Part shown: positions 1 through 13,777 of the stretch, in pieces | Numbering within the stretch: the first letter of the stretch is position 1 | Layout of the letters: the number at the start of each line of letters is the position of its first letter | From: Nemertoderma westbladi | Lineage: Eukaryota; Animalia; Xenacoelomorpha | NCBI GenBank assembly: GCA_032718475.1 | Contig: JAUCBJ010005549.1 | Span: 14,245 to 78,244, forward strand | DNA: 64,000 bases | Reading direction: 5' to 3' | Program-made: the position numbers and the translations under genes | Notes under the pieces: model-generated | Database searches by the model: none | What the model was told of the DNA's origin: nothing | The model's input: only the letters and a program-made list of their open reading frames with translations

Positions 1-1112
1 TTAAACAAATTTACAATTTATTTAACAAACCGTCCAACATTTTTTGGATGTCTATCCAGTTGCAGCTACTGTAAGTCAGTGCCTGATATACCAACACCGT
101 CAGTTATATACAATTTTAATATGATAGATTTAGATTTTTAATGAAATATATTCGATTTTATATTTTATTTAGCAAAATTGGCATAATTAAATATCGGTTA
201 TATTGTTTAATTTTTTTGTTGTGGTTAAATTTTCAGACATAACGCTAATGATTAATTAACTTTTTATTACTAAATGCTAATTAATATCAAACGAATTCAA
301 TCATTCATTCTTGGTGGCATGTTATTACGCTCAGCTAAAATAATTAAATCATGGGGCTTTCCAAAAACGTAAGGTGTGAGTTTAATAATATTTACCAGGG
401 ATTACTTTTAGGAATATCATTATTGCCTGTATATTTTTTTTACTTTAACTTTTAGTTGTTTTTTATCGCTGTTTTTTATATGTTTTATTATTTACAATCT
501 CTCTATTTCCTTTTATGATGCGTCTAATTCATTCACGTCATTTATAAACCTGTTTTAGTTTCTTTATATTATTCTGGATGCAAAATAAAATCATTCGAAT
601 CTTTGAATCTAGACTATTTTTCTTCCAACATCCCTCCCTCCGTGGATAAAAAACAGTGATATTGGCTTTTCTGATATTTATATTTCATTCCATTAAGCTC
701 TCGCCCAAAAAAACATTTGATTAAGGACTTGTTTTAGTTATTGTTTGTTTACTTTTGCTTGTTTGTTTGTTATAGTAGAAACATCTGCTCTACAGTAATT
801 CTTCAATTTTTAAAAATTCAATTGCTCAATAAAAACTCTAGCTACCATAACTAATAGTGTTCTAGAACGAGAAAAAAGTAAACTTATTTTTTGTTTTCAA
901 AAAATACTAGCTAATAAAAAAATATTAGCTATCATTTAAAAAAATCTACTAATGTTCACCGATTTCAAAAAGCACTCAAAAACACCAAAATACTGGTTAA
1001 AAAAAGGCAAAGGGTGACGTCAGGGCGAAGTAGTAACAATGCAGTTTGCATTAAGAATACTATGCCGGTTTATCGACAAAATTATACCACCACAACAAAT
1101 AACTTAATATTC

Positions 1113-1716
1113 TCATCTTTAAGGCCAGTGTCCTTTAAGATGCGTCTCAATAAAGTCCGCCACAATGTTTACTTTCTGTATGAGGCGGCGAAGATTGCCA
1201 GGCTTGTCCACACGGCCAAAGTAATGTCCTGCAAAGCAGAGGCGGTTTTGTTCTTGTGTCAAGCTTGGGGGAACCAATGAGACACCTCCAATGTTATATA
1301 GTGTCTGGTTGGAGATGTGTGCATTGTACTTGACACAGTGAACCCGGCGTAGCATTCTTGTGAATGTGCCGTCCAGAGATTTGGTGTCCTCAGCAGTTAA
1401 AGCCCAGCATGGACTCCCATAGAGGAGTACTGGAACTACTGCTGCTCTAAATAATCGGACCTTAAGTTTCCGATTAATTCGATGTGACTTCCAAATCCTG
1501 GAAAGCCTATTCAGCATGGTCTGCCCATGCCTTTCCCTTACGTATTCGAAGGTCCTCACCTGACTTCCGGATCCATGAACCCAGGTAACAGAAGTCGTCC
1601 ACATGCTCAAGCATACCATCATTTGAGCTTATGCTCATCCGATCAGAGACTTGCTGAGGACTTTCAAAGTTAACTGTCAGAATTTTGGTCTTTCTGGGGT
1701 TAATAAAAAGACCAAT
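1113..1716 (-). mobile_element. RTE-clade LINE fragment (C-terminal RT region), same family as 18442-20217
   Basis: Translations (DDFCYLGSWI; LNRLSRIWKS...KLKVRLFRAAVVPVLLYGSPCW) are nearly identical to the 586-aa ORF at 18484-20244. Frameshifted and truncated at both ends. Confidence 0.9.
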
Positions 1717-2354
1717 AAATAAATTTAAGGGGGCACTTAATAACAAAACACTTTGTTTAAGTGCCCAATTTAAGTTAAGTGAGTTTTTGAGAACCCGGGC
1801 CAATGTCTAATAGTGGGTTTGGGCCTCAATATGCGGTATAATTTGGCCATTTCCTTCCTTAACACACTGCCCGATACCGTATCCAAGTAACTCTGAGCTT
1901 ATATCCGCATCCACTCCCCCAGACACCCTCGCCTAAAATTTTGGTTACACTGATAACTTCTGTTTTTTTGTGTTGATTGTAGGCCTACAGTTTGTTGAGA
2001 CTTCAATTGAAAGCGAATTCCTTTATTGTACAAAAATAGTGCAAAATGGAAACTAATTCGGTAAAATAAATTAACATTTATTTGCCCTCTAAGTTTATTT
2101 CTGAACTTATTCGATTGATTTAGTTAACACTATTACGGCCGCTGTATTGATTCAGAATTACTTTACTTTATCGAATGACCCAACATAAACAGCGTAATGT
2201 TTTTCTTTCTCACAAAAGCAAAGTTGATAATAATATCGATTTTTAACCGCTATAAGTTTTACCACCTGCGTATTGTGTTCGCTTTCTGCACTATTATAAG
2301 GTTGTTATCCGTAATTCAATAATTAGTAATAACAACAAACAAAACATAACACGT

Positions 2355-2981
2355 TCGTGGGGACTTCGCGCAGCACGTAGTCGGCAAGCCTTGGCATACG
2401 GTTCATATAGAGCAAATGGGGCATGTCTAGTTTGGACCCCATATCCCATGCTATAAATGTATTCATTCGATATACAATCATATGTTAATCCGCTAGGTGG
2501 TGTCAAATTGTTATTCTGCAATTTCGTACTTACCAGTGCAGCACTGTACAGCAGTACCGTACCGGTAGGCCTATGTCATTACTTCTGAGTCTCTAGCGGA
2601 TCCCCAATTAAATGTCTTAACTTTTCAATTTCGTAAAAGATAGACTTCATGATTCTCTACAGGCCACCAAAATTTCAGCTCAGGAAAATGAGGCCTTCCC
2701 GAGAAATTTAACATTTTCTAAAAACCACATAATCTGTCGTAGCTGACGTCAGACTGCATGATTTTTCACCAAACTTTACAAACTTTCTAAACTTTCTCTC
2801 TACTACTTACCTACTAAGTTTGGTTCAATTCCGAACGAGCGATGCCGAGAAATTCGCGTTCAAACATTTACCAGACAGACGGACAGACAGACAGACGGAC
2901 AGACAGACAGACGGACATGCCCCATTTGCCCTATATGAACCGTATGCAAAGGCTCGCCGACTACGTGTCTCGCCCCACAAG
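2355..2981. mobile_element. Non-autonomous element with ~55-70 bp inverted termini and an internal (GACA/GACG)n microsatellite (MITE/HINE-like)
   Basis: 2375-2427 (acgtagtcggcaagccttggcatacggttcatatagagcaaatggggcatgtc) is an imperfect reverse complement of 2914-2966. A cagacagacggacagacag run lies at 2872-2916. Confidence 0.6.
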
Positions 2982-4379
2982 AATATTGAAAGTGCATCTA
3001 AACAATAATAAGGTGCACTGTAACTGGATGGGGCGAAACCATAAAAGTACATGCCTCATTTAGTCTAATTTTAGTCTCACCAACTCTTCAATAACGATTT
3101 TTGCCCTCTATTCACTAACCTTATGAGGTATGCCTATTCCTATCAGCTGATGGGATTAATGTTGCGTGTATATTTTATCCACTTTAGTATTCCCTACTAT
3201 ATTTTATTTTCCCATTTATTACTCTCCCAATACGAAACATTAGCTCTGCATGGCCAACCTGAATGGATTCACCACATACTAATATCGAACACGAAAGCTA
3301 CACCAATTTGTGAGTTGCACATGGAAATCTTTGAAACCAATTAATCTGCAAAACATTAAAATAAATCATATGTTTTTGTAAAGTAAAGTAAAAATCACTA
3401 TCAAATTCTACTCCATATCTTTTAATCGTTATTTTTTTTAGCAAAATCTCGTTCTTGAATTCGATTTTAGGTGTTGAATTCCGGTAACTTTTTGATCCTA
3501 TATGATATTTACATATTTATTATTATTATTAATTGTTTCATTACATAATCTCTTTGGATATTTTTCTTTATAGTGCGGATGTGAGAAAATAGGCAGCGAA
3601 GCAGAAGTAAATGACGACAGACAAAGAGAATTGTGCGGCTTGGAGGAAAAAAAACGTACTAATTTAGTAATATATTTAATTGTATGTACTGTAATATTAT
3701 TATTAGTAACCACAAAAATAGCCGGCATTATTTAATATTTTTTTAATAGCTAAGGTTTAATTAAGTTTAGTATTACTACTGGGGGTGTAATGCTAATCTT
3801 ATTCCCACTCAAAAAATCTTAAATAATCGCAATTCTCTTTCACATAACAAGCCTACCCACAATTAATTGTTTAACTCATCATCAATAAATAACAAACCAA
3901 CATTATATTTTATGGTATACGGCTTTTCATCTCAATACCTTTCCACTCGGAATTTTCGTCCCGGAATATTCTTCCTAAATATTATTTTATCCCCAGACTT
4001 TTCATGCGGCTCTAGAGGCCTACCGCTAGAAAAATGCAACTTCTACAGTAGATGATCCTGATTTTACATATCTGGGACGGATTGTTCTGAACGGCGGAAT
4101 TTTAATTGAATTTTAATTTTAATTGTTTAATTTTGTAACCGAAGTCTGAATGAATAGTTCAGGGCAAAAAGTCCCAGGACTAAACTTCCTATATTCTAGA
4201 ATATATATACTATGTATTCTGCCTTGTAGCCTTGTATGTTGATAGCTGGCATCCCAAACTGAGGTGACTCTTTTCTCAACTCTCTTTCTCAACGGTGCTG
4301 GTTTTTTAATACAGACATTTTTTTTATCTGGTGCTGACAATCACTGCAGATGGTTCAGCTGTGCAAAGGTTGGCGGTTC

Positions 4380-6200
4380 TAGAAGATATATGGTGGTGGA
4401 CGCCATGGGGGCTCGTCCAACATACTACATGTTTATTATGCTGGCCAGATTATCGCTAAAATATCGTTTTCTGATCCTCCCAGATAGCTAGCATTCCAGC
4501 GACTTTGAATTAATCCACCATCAGGGCTACTTGCTGCTTCCCCCAGTATGCAGTAAATAAACAGCAGCACCAAGCAATATACTTCACTACCGCATAGTAT
4601 ATCGAGAATAGATTCAGTTCTATCAGCCTCTTCCCAATCCATGAATCCACAAGTCGCCAGGACCAAACAGTTATGCTTCAACTCCGGTAAATTGTTGGAG
4701 ACTCCAGGAATCTCCGGCACCACCAGCCAGGAATCCACCCTTCAGGAACAACTTTCCATTGACAAGTCTTCCTACAACAGGCCACGTGTACTATCATCCA
4801 CGTGGTTCAATTCCCCCAGTATGTGTTACTACTGTTCAGCCGTCGCCTCATCTGTAATTTCATCAATCCGCGAGGCCACTAATGGTAGGAACCACTGAGA
4901 ATGATTCGGTATGTAAGCAATCACAGTCGTAGAGTCAGACCAGTAGAACGCATCATCAATCTCCAACCCAAGTTCAGTTTGAATGGTACGAGTTAGTCTC
5001 ACACCTAAGAAGCCCCTTGAAGTTCCAACCTAATGATAGTTGGCTGTTTAATGAGCACTCTCATTCCACTATCATATACCATCCCCAGGTAATTCCACTG
5101 CAGGATACTCCACTCCTGAGCATAGCTAATGGGATGCAGGTGCCTAGCAATCAGCATATCCTCCAATCCATAACCCCAAGGAATCCACAGCCTCGAGATC
5201 ACCCTATTGCACCACACCATTGCTCCAACTCTCTGTTGAATGTTGGGAACCAGCTTATCCTACCCACACGTCGTTGACCTCTGTATCCCAAAATACACCC
5301 AGAATCTCAACCACAGGGAGGATATCCACCTCCAGATGAAGTGCGGAATAACCCGCCCTCTCAGCCAGAGGTGTTGATCGCAAAACCTCCTGTAAGTTAC
5401 TCGACCACTGAATCAACTGGAAGCTCCCAGCTCCCAATGCAGTAGTGTGTGATAAGTCCACCAATCAGTTTCTTAGCTTTAGTAACCCTGTCCACAGAAT
5501 CTGAAAGGTCATCAGAAAAAATTGAGTTCTTTACCACATGCTCAACCCCAGAGAACACACATCCCATCTCTTCCATGCACATTGACCTCAAATACTTACA
5601 AGCAGATGACACCCCAAACACATGTGACTTCAACTGATATGTGGTTGATGGACCCTGTTCTGCAGTGTCATGCCATAGTAGTCGAAGCGACTGCTGATCC
5701 TGAATTGAGACTTTCAGTCGGTGGTAAATCACCTTCACATTTGCCATGAAGGCAATGGCATATCAATGGAACCAGAGCAGAACGCTAACTATTGAGTTTA
5801 GTAGCTCTGGCCTAAAATAAAGTTGTATGTTATACTGTTGCTCTGTCGACAATGACACAGACGTTCTCGGGTATATTTGGATCGAGTTCCCTATTATGAG
5901 GCAGATAGATGTCCCATGTGCTGGGATTCCACAACTCCTCCCCCATTGTCTGATACGCTTACCCATTCTCGAGATGAGTTTATGTCTTCTCGGTATATTT
6001 TTTCCAACACAAGATCCTTCATCAACTTCCTCTCTAGAAGGAGTGTCCTCATTCCATGGCATTCCAATCTCGAAGCATCCATCCTCCAGAAGAATCTTCC
6101 CCTCTTTAATTTAACATCTTTCCTTCCGATCATCTTGAGAAGTCAGTCGATGCACATCAACAGAGACCCCAAAACTCTCAGTAAGTGTCCCAACTATTGG
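4380..6200 (-). pseudogene. Decayed BEL/Pao LTR retrotransposon pol (RT, RNase H/peptidase A17 region, start of integrase)
   Basis: Fragments MANVKVIYHRLKV...SLRLLW...YQLKSHVFGVSSA...SIFSDDLSDSV (RT), PTIIRLELQGA and AFYWSDSTTVIAYI are BEL/Pao pol hallmarks. Many stops and frameshifts; no LTRs recognised. Confidence 0.8.
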
Positions 6201-6434
6201 GATAACTACCGGTATTCCTCTCGAGTTTACTCTACTCTCACTCTAAAATTCCTTAAATCATTGTATTACTTTAGATAAACGGTAGCCATCGAATAGAAAA
6301 ACATCATCTATAAAGAAGACTTAAATAATATTTAAGGTGTTACCCTTTCAAGCAAGCAAGCATTCAGTGTAAATATTGCCGTGACATTTTCAAGGGACAG
6401 CAGCTATTGTACCTATATTGATACATAAGTGATA

Positions 6435-6686
6435 CCGTGAGGACCATCCAGCGCATAATCTTGGGCTGTGGCAGCCTCATGGAGTGAATAAGCATAGTTG
6501 GTGGAGAGACCATGGCATTCTTGAGACGCATCTTAAAGGACTCTGGCCTCGAAGATGTGGATGATCTAGCAAATGTCATGGGTGATAGAGAGTTGTGTCG
6601 GCGCAATTTTGTCGACAAGCGGGCACAGCATTCTTAAAAATGCAGCTGCAATGCAGCATGCCGATCCTAGTAGTAGTAGTAGTAGA
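6435..6686 (+). mobile_element. 3' end of RTE LINE with (TAG)n tail
   Basis: Matches the reverse complement of 18442-18680 and ends in gccgatcctagtagtagtagtagtag. Confidence 0.85.
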
Positions 6687-6764
6687 TACATAAGTTATAC
6701 ACAATAGAGAAATAGAACAATGCCTGAACAACAATGAAAATATCAACGTATTATTTTGTTGTAG

Positions 6765-6944
6765 ATGTCGGTGTTTGGAGTGAATGGACTTTGGATAATA
6801 GTGTGTGCCCAGCAGATCCATCATCTCCTCTGGAAGACCTTGCAAGCAGAAGATGGAAGAGTTGCGAAAAGGAGAGATGGGGTGGTGGTTGTGAAGGGGA
6901 AGATCTGATGCCAAGCTGCCCTTCGGATCCAAGGTTTTATTATG
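6765..6944 (+). CDS. Internal exon, thrombospondin type-1-like module of a mosaic lectin gene
   Basis: Acceptor ttattttgttgtag|, donor G|gttcgt, 180 nt, phase 1-1. Encodes VGVWSEWTLDNSVC...RRWKSC...GGGCEGED (WSxW, R, GGxCxG pattern). Confidence 0.7.
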
Positions 6945-7488
6945 GTTCGTTTGACATTTAATTTTAAAATCTAATATATTTCACAAAAAAACGTAGGTTC
7001 AATATGTTCCTCAGTAATTAACAGAGTGTTATATCTGTTCGTATTCTATTCAAGATAATTACACTCTGCCGCTAGTAACCATCAATGGTAGTGCCATAAA
7101 TTTGCTGCGAATTTTTATTTGATACGAATTTCTATTTGCTGCGAATTTCTATCTAATTTTAAGGTCGAGGAACACTCTCCCTGTCCCGCTCTCCCTCTTA
7201 TTATTATTTTTATTATGATCCGCAAAAAAATATTTTATAGATTTTTTTGGTCACTAACAAGGTACTTACGGTTTTTTGCTGGATTGACTCGACTAAAACT
7301 AGAGGTAATAATTCCTCACCAAAACTAAGGTTGTAATTTAAAAGCATATCTGTAAGTATATTAATCTTATATATAATGGACAACAACTATAGTTTGTGAA
7401 ATATTTTTCTCATTATTTGCAACTAGAAACCCGCTGTAATGTTTCCTTAGAAAACTTAATTTTTAAGTTTTTATTTTTTATTTTACAG

Positions 7489-7611
7489 ACATCAATGAAT
7501 GCCTTGAAAAAGTTGATGATTGCAGCACACATGCAGACTGTACCAATACAGATGGCAGCTATACTTGTGTGTGCCATACTGGCTATACTGGTGATGGATT
7601 CCAATGCAATG
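7489..7611 (+). CDS. Internal exon, calcium-binding EGF domain
   Basis: Acceptor ttattttacag|, donor G|gtatgt, 123 nt, phase 1-1. Encodes DINECLEKVDDCSTHADCTNTDGSYTCVCHTGYTGDGFQCN, a canonical EGF_CA. Confidence 0.93.
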
Positions 7612-8296
7612 GTATGTATGCCTCCTATTTGTAAGTGCTATAATATATTTACTATATTTACAGTACTTGCTATACTATAATAACTTGAGGGATTTTTTTT
7701 ATAAGTGTTAGTTACATGAATACTTACATGGAACTGCAAATAATTATTGATATCTGAAAAGTCTCAGTAAAAGGTACCTCAGCAAAATACCCTTTGTCAG
7801 GTAATTTACAGTGTGTAGTTGATACCAAGTGGATATTGAATTGGGATTATTTAATTTTATGTTATAATTATTGGGTGAGAATAAATTTATATTACAGTAA
7901 CAGCCAACAACTAGATAACAACAATGACAACTCATTCTATTTTCAAATGGCAGTGATTTTTTATGTCAATTTATTTGACTTTTTTTGTCACTTTTTTTTA
8001 CGAATTATGCATAATGACTTTTGTTGTCCATTTAATGACTTTTATTGTCACTTTTTATGTATGTATTTCTTCAAACTGTCAGACTGCTGATTTCTGGACT
8101 GTCAGACAGTTGATTTCACTATGCCTGTGCCAAAACATTCCATGATTCCATGATTTATAGACTATGAGATAGATTTCCATATGCGCCTGTGGTAAAAAGA
8201 CTCTATATTTAATAGTTTGTGGTTGTTGTCGATAATCGATTACCACATGACGTAGCAAAACACTCATTTTATAGCCAAAAACAATCACCAATTGAT

Positions 8297-8862
8297 GGAA
8301 AGGAGCAGGTTAAGGCCGAGTTTTCTAACCAAAACAATAAACAGTCACTTTACCAAATCAGGGAAAGGAGCAGGTTACAGAGACGGGATTTTCTAACCAA
8401 AACAATAAACGATCATTTAACTAATTGAGGGAAAGGAGCAGGTTACAGAGACGGGATTTTCTAACCAAATCAATAAACGATAACATTACCAATTGAGAGA
8501 AAGGAGCAGGTTACAGAGGCGGGATTTTCTAACCAAAACAATAAACGATAACATTACCAATTGAGGGAAAGGAGCAGGTTACAGAGGCGGGATTTCCTAA
8601 CCAAAACAATAAACGATCACTTAAACTAATTGAGGGAAAGGAGCAGTTACAGAGGCGGGATTTTCTAACCAAAACAATAAACAGTCACTTTACCAAATCA
8701 GGGAAAGGAGCAGGTTACAGAGACGGGATTTTCTAACCAAAACAATAAACGATCATTTAACTAATTGAGGGAAAGGAGCAGGTTACAGAGACGGGATTTT
8801 CTAACCAAAACAATAAACGATCATTTAACTAATTGAGGGAAAGGGGCAGGTTATAGAGGCGG
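8297..8862. repeat. 68-bp minisatellite, ~8 copies
   Basis: Unit gggaaaggagcaggttacagagacgggattttctaaccaaaacaataaacgatcatttaactaattga recurs at 8361, 8429, 8497, 8565 and onward. Confidence 0.95.
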
Positions 8863-10387
8863 GCCTTCTGTGCTGTTGGAAGTAGTGGAGCCGCTATCCG
8901 TAACACTACTCAGACAGTAGTCATGATCCATTATTGATTATAAAACTAATACAGTAAGGCCTAAATTATGTGAAAGGTATATCCACATTTTCCACAATCC
9001 TGCAATCCAGTTTCGCCTATCAATTATTTAAAATTTATTAGCACAACCGGTAGGCCTACCATTACCGTATTTAAATGGTAGGCTACACAGTAGGCCTATA
9101 GCAGTACCAGTGCCGGTACCGGTACTAAAATACAGAAATACCTGCTTTATACCTACATCTGTACATACAATACAGCAAAATAGTGCTATATATATACTAA
9201 CCGGTACTGATAGCCTGAGAGAACAGCAGTAGAGAAACCGGTAGCATGGAACCTAACATTAGACTTTTGGATGACATAAAAAATCAAAAAAAATTGACAA
9301 AAAAAGGATAAAAATGGACAATAAAAATTATTGCGTTTTCAAATATTGACCCACCCCCTAACATTGTTAGTTCGCTAAGGTCCCCCCTTTGTTGGTCGCC
9401 CCAAAATACTTATTACAAACAATAAAAACCAAATTTAAATAATTTCTATTGAACCCGCCATCATCTCCCATCTCCCTATGTAAATATATTTGGACTCCTT
9501 GCTGGTCGCAATAGATCCTTCAATATGATGATTACTAACTTTGTTGAGGAGTAAACGTCTTGGCAGTAATATTTAACCATATCTTACCAGGTACATCAAA
9601 TAATCCTATAGGCATAACTGGTTAGTTTTCGCAGTAAAGCTGCTTTCAATTACCCAAGTCACCTTGCTGCCATTTTTCTACCATTTGGGATGATCCTCGG
9701 TTAAATATGCATAATAGAAAAAAGTTCAAAATAATTTTTGGTAACATTTTATGGGTTCTTTGCACCAGTGCAACACTGGGCACTTAATTAAGTAACGAGT
9801 TAATAGTAACCGGGTACTCAAATTAGTATCTGGGTACTAACAATTTGCAAATAAATATGCCTAATCACAACCAAGGCACTCCACAAATAGTTACCAGGTA
9901 CTTAAATTCGTAAGCACGTGCTGCTCTGATATGTAACCAGATGCTCCGATTTGTAACCGGATAATCAAATTAGTAACCAGGTACAGCGGGGAGTCCGGGT
10001 AATCAAATTAGTAACCGGCTGCAGCGGGGAGACCGAATAATCAAATTAGTAACCGGGTGTAGCGGGGAGTCCGGATAATCAAATTAGTAACCAGGTGCAG
10101 AGGGAGTCCGGATAATCAAATTAGTAACCGGGTAGAGCGGGGAGTCCGGATAATCAAATTAGTAACCGGGTGCAGAGGGAGTCCGGATAATCAAATTAGT
10201 AACCGGGTGCAGCGGGGAGTCCGGATACTCAAATTAGTAACCGGGTAGAGCGGGGAGTCCGGATAATCAAATTAGTAACCGGGTGCAGAGGGAGTCCGGA
10301 TAATCAAATTAGTAACCGGGTAGAGCGGGGAGTCCGGGTAATCAAATTAGTAACCGGCTGCAGCGGGGAAAACGAATAATCAAATTA

Positions 10388-11633
10388 ATTAATTATTATT
10401 TATTAAACCAAAATAATGGTACGATTGTAAAACTATATAAGCATTAAGCAAGCAAGCAGTAAAATCCAAATATACTATACATAAATAATAAAATATTTAC
10501 ACAGTTGTAAAACAATTTTAAATCAGAGTTTGTTGGCCCAGTACGTAAGGGGGTGGTGGTTGCTCGGGCAACTAAGGAGATGGTACGTGTCCGCCGGCCT
10601 CCCGCAGAGACTACATACACAGTCATTCCCCGCCTCATGAAATTCTGTGGGTCTGGATGTACAAATTCGGAAATGGAAACCGTGAAGAGCAAAGCGGGTT
10701 ATGGTGTGCCTCTTACGACAATTTGTGATTGTCCAACTGCGATTTATGAACGCGATACTGTTCCAGAACTCTACTGGGATTTCACGAGTTTTGTCTTCGA
10801 CTTCAGCGGTGTATTTTTTGAATACATCCGTGTCTGTTAAATTTAGTTGACCTTTAAGTACCATAGAAAGATTTCGCGAATCACAGAGAGCGTGAACTAG
10901 CCGATTCCTAGACGATTTGTGAACTGAAAGTACTCTTTTGAGGAAAGCAGCTTGGATTTTATCGATACTATGAAGGTTGTTGACTGACAAGAAAGGCCAA
11001 ATTTCGCGAAGTCCATACATAACTATCGGTGTTACTTTTAAGGAAAAAAGCTTTTTAGCTGTGCTAATAGATAGTAGATGTGGTTTCTGGATTGACCGTA
11101 TTGTGGAAAGTGATTTGCAGACTATTATATTTATGTGCTTTGTGAATTTCAAGGACGATTGAAATGTGACTCCCAAATATTTATAAGACTTTTCTATTTT
11201 CACCTCGTTTCCGTTGTAGAAAAATTTATCCTGAGCGGACAGTCGGCCACCTCTCCTAAATTTCATTACGGAAGTCTTTGTAAGATTTACTTCAAGACCG
11301 TTTTCCCGGGCCCAATTAGCAGTTGCATTTAAACCAGCTTGCACTACCTCACGGGAGTCGCCATAAAATAGCAAATCATCCGCAAATAATAATATAAATA
11401 ATTCCCCAATCTTGACGGTAATATCACGTATAAACTTCACAATATCGTAAATAAAAATTACGAACAGGAAAGGGCTCAAGCTGTCTCCTTGTAAAACCCC
11501 ACGCACTTGTTTTATAATTCTAGAATTACGGAGGCCATCTGAAATTACTATATAATTAGGACTTAAAATCGATTTAATGATGTTAAAAAGTGAACCACGA
11601 ATATTAAAATCAAACCATAATTAAATAATAATC
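10388..11633 (-). mobile_element. 5'-truncated non-LTR retrotransposon (RT C-terminal half, ORF 10523-11506) inserted in the satellite
   Basis: RT motifs GVLQGDSLSPFLF, LLFADD, YKYLGV and a C-terminal CxxC...HLL.C. AATAAA/(TAA)n tail at the left end. 13-bp TSD aataatcaaatta at 10375-10387 and 11634-11646. Confidence 0.9.
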
Positions 11634-12062
11634 AATAATCAAATTAGTAACCGGCTGCAGCGGGGAGACCGAATCATCAAATTAGTAACCGGGTAGAGCG
11701 GGGAGTCCGGATAATCAAATTAGTAACCGGGTGCAGAGGGAGTCCGGATAATCAAATTAGAAACCGGGTGCAGCGGGGAGTCCGGATACTCAAATTAGTA
11801 ACCGGGTAGAGCGGGGAGTCCGGGTAATCAAATTAGTAACCGGCTGCAGCGGGGAAAACGAATAATCAAATTAGTAACCGGCTGCAGCGTGGAGACCGAA
11901 TCATCAAATTAGTAACCGGCTGCAGCGGGGAGTCCGGATAATCAAATTAGTAACCGGCTGCAGCGGGGCGACCGAATCATCAAATTAGTAACCGGGTAGA
12001 GCGGGGAGTCCGGATAATCAAATTAGTAACCGGGTGCAGAGGGAGTCCGGATAATCAAATTA

Positions 12063-13777
12063 CCCAGTTAAACATGAGCTTATGTTTCATATGTGGTATA
12101 TATATGTTGTATGGAATAGGTGTGTCTGGAAATTGGGTTTTTATGCTCATGTATGAATAATACATGTCACGCATGCGGTGTTACATACACTTAGAATGTG
12201 TGTATCCCTATTTATGGTATTTATATGTTGCACATATGAATTTATCATAAATAAATGTGTGAGAATGCGCATGTGAATAATATATGTCGAGCATATGTGA
12301 AATAGCCATAGCCAAGACTCCGAGTTAAATTTAAATCCATAAACTATTCAATTCGTAATTGTGTAATCCAGTTCATGGATTTTATATGTTGCACACATGT
12401 TTGCCTTATGGTAATACAGGCCTTACAGTAATACATGTACAGAAAAGAATAGCGAGGGGGGATGCGGAATTTGTTGATGTCAATACTCAGTTTTTTGCAT
12501 TAAGAACAAATATCGTTTTAATCAGCAGTATAATACGTTGAATCTATATTTTTTTGTTAAACTGTATTTTCTAAAGTACCGGCTATTTAACAATATAATG
12601 TATAATCAATACATACAGACATAGGCCTACTATAATAAGGTTTAAATGATCTGTGAAGGCTGTATGGACACTAAATTGAAGTAACCATAGTCGATCGTCC
12701 AATTGTTTTGTTTATTGCATTTGAGGGTTGGTGGTGGGACTCATTCTTAAAATGATAGGCATTTCATAGTCTGATCCTGCAATCTTTCTTCTTAACCACG
12801 TTGTGTCGCTTGCAGTTTAGCTAGTGAATCGCAATTGATTTTATATTTTACCCATAACAGCGCGTTGCATAAGCCTACCGCTTATCATAAGCAACTCAAT
12901 TGTTCAGTGATGCAGTGTGTGACTTGCTTGCTTTCTGCCTTGCACTATGCACATTGTGCTGTGCATGTGCATTCTACAGTGCTGTATTAACAGAATTAGA
13001 CAAACATATGTATGGCTGTGTGGTGGTTTTCACTTGTCAGGTTGTGGTTGTGCATTGTCATCTGCGCTGCTAAATATCAGTAAGGGGTACAGACATAGAC
13101 AGATAACATACTGTACATGCACTATACCATCCGTAAGGTAGGCAGGCCTATTGCAGTTCTTATCCCGTTAAAAAATTGAACATATGTTTCATATGTGGTA
13201 TATATATGTTGTATGGAAAAGATGTCTTAAAATTAGATATAAAATATCATATGAGCAATTATATGATCTTAGAATTAATAAATTTTCGAAGATTTATCAA
13301 AATGAATAATCAATTATAGCTGAAAATTAGATAACTTAATTAAATCTAACTAATAGAATACGAATTTACGGATCATCACCAAAATCTATTAAGGATACTC
13401 TCATATCACTATGGATTAAATATTTTCATATATACTCCGATGCTTCCTTCTCTAAATGTATAGGGTAGGTGTACTGTAGGGCCGTAGGATAGGGTGTAGT
13501 GATTGGATAGGATAAGGTACTGAGGTAGGCTACCCCCCCCCCCCCCCCCGCCCAACCTCTCTATAGGAAATGCAGACCCACACCAGTGATTGGTCGGTCT
13601 CAGTTTAAATTTTTACTCTTTTTGTCGCACTTGTCACATAAAAAACATATGTGTATCACATGTGAACATTCCACGTATGGATCACATTTGACAACACTGT
13701 AACATTTACATATATGTATCACATGTCGAATTATTTATGGCAACCATATATGAAACACATACTCATGTTTAACTGGG
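12063..13777. mobile_element. Non-autonomous TIR DNA transposon (CCCAG termini, TA TSD; possibly CACTA/EnSpm-like)
   Basis: TIR cccagttaaacatgag...ctcatgtttaactggg. TA duplicated at 12061-12062 and 13778-13779, restoring the satellite unit caaattagtaacc. Internal direct repeat tatgtttcatatgtggtatatatatgttgtatgga at ~12081 and ~13183. No ORF. Confidence 0.85.
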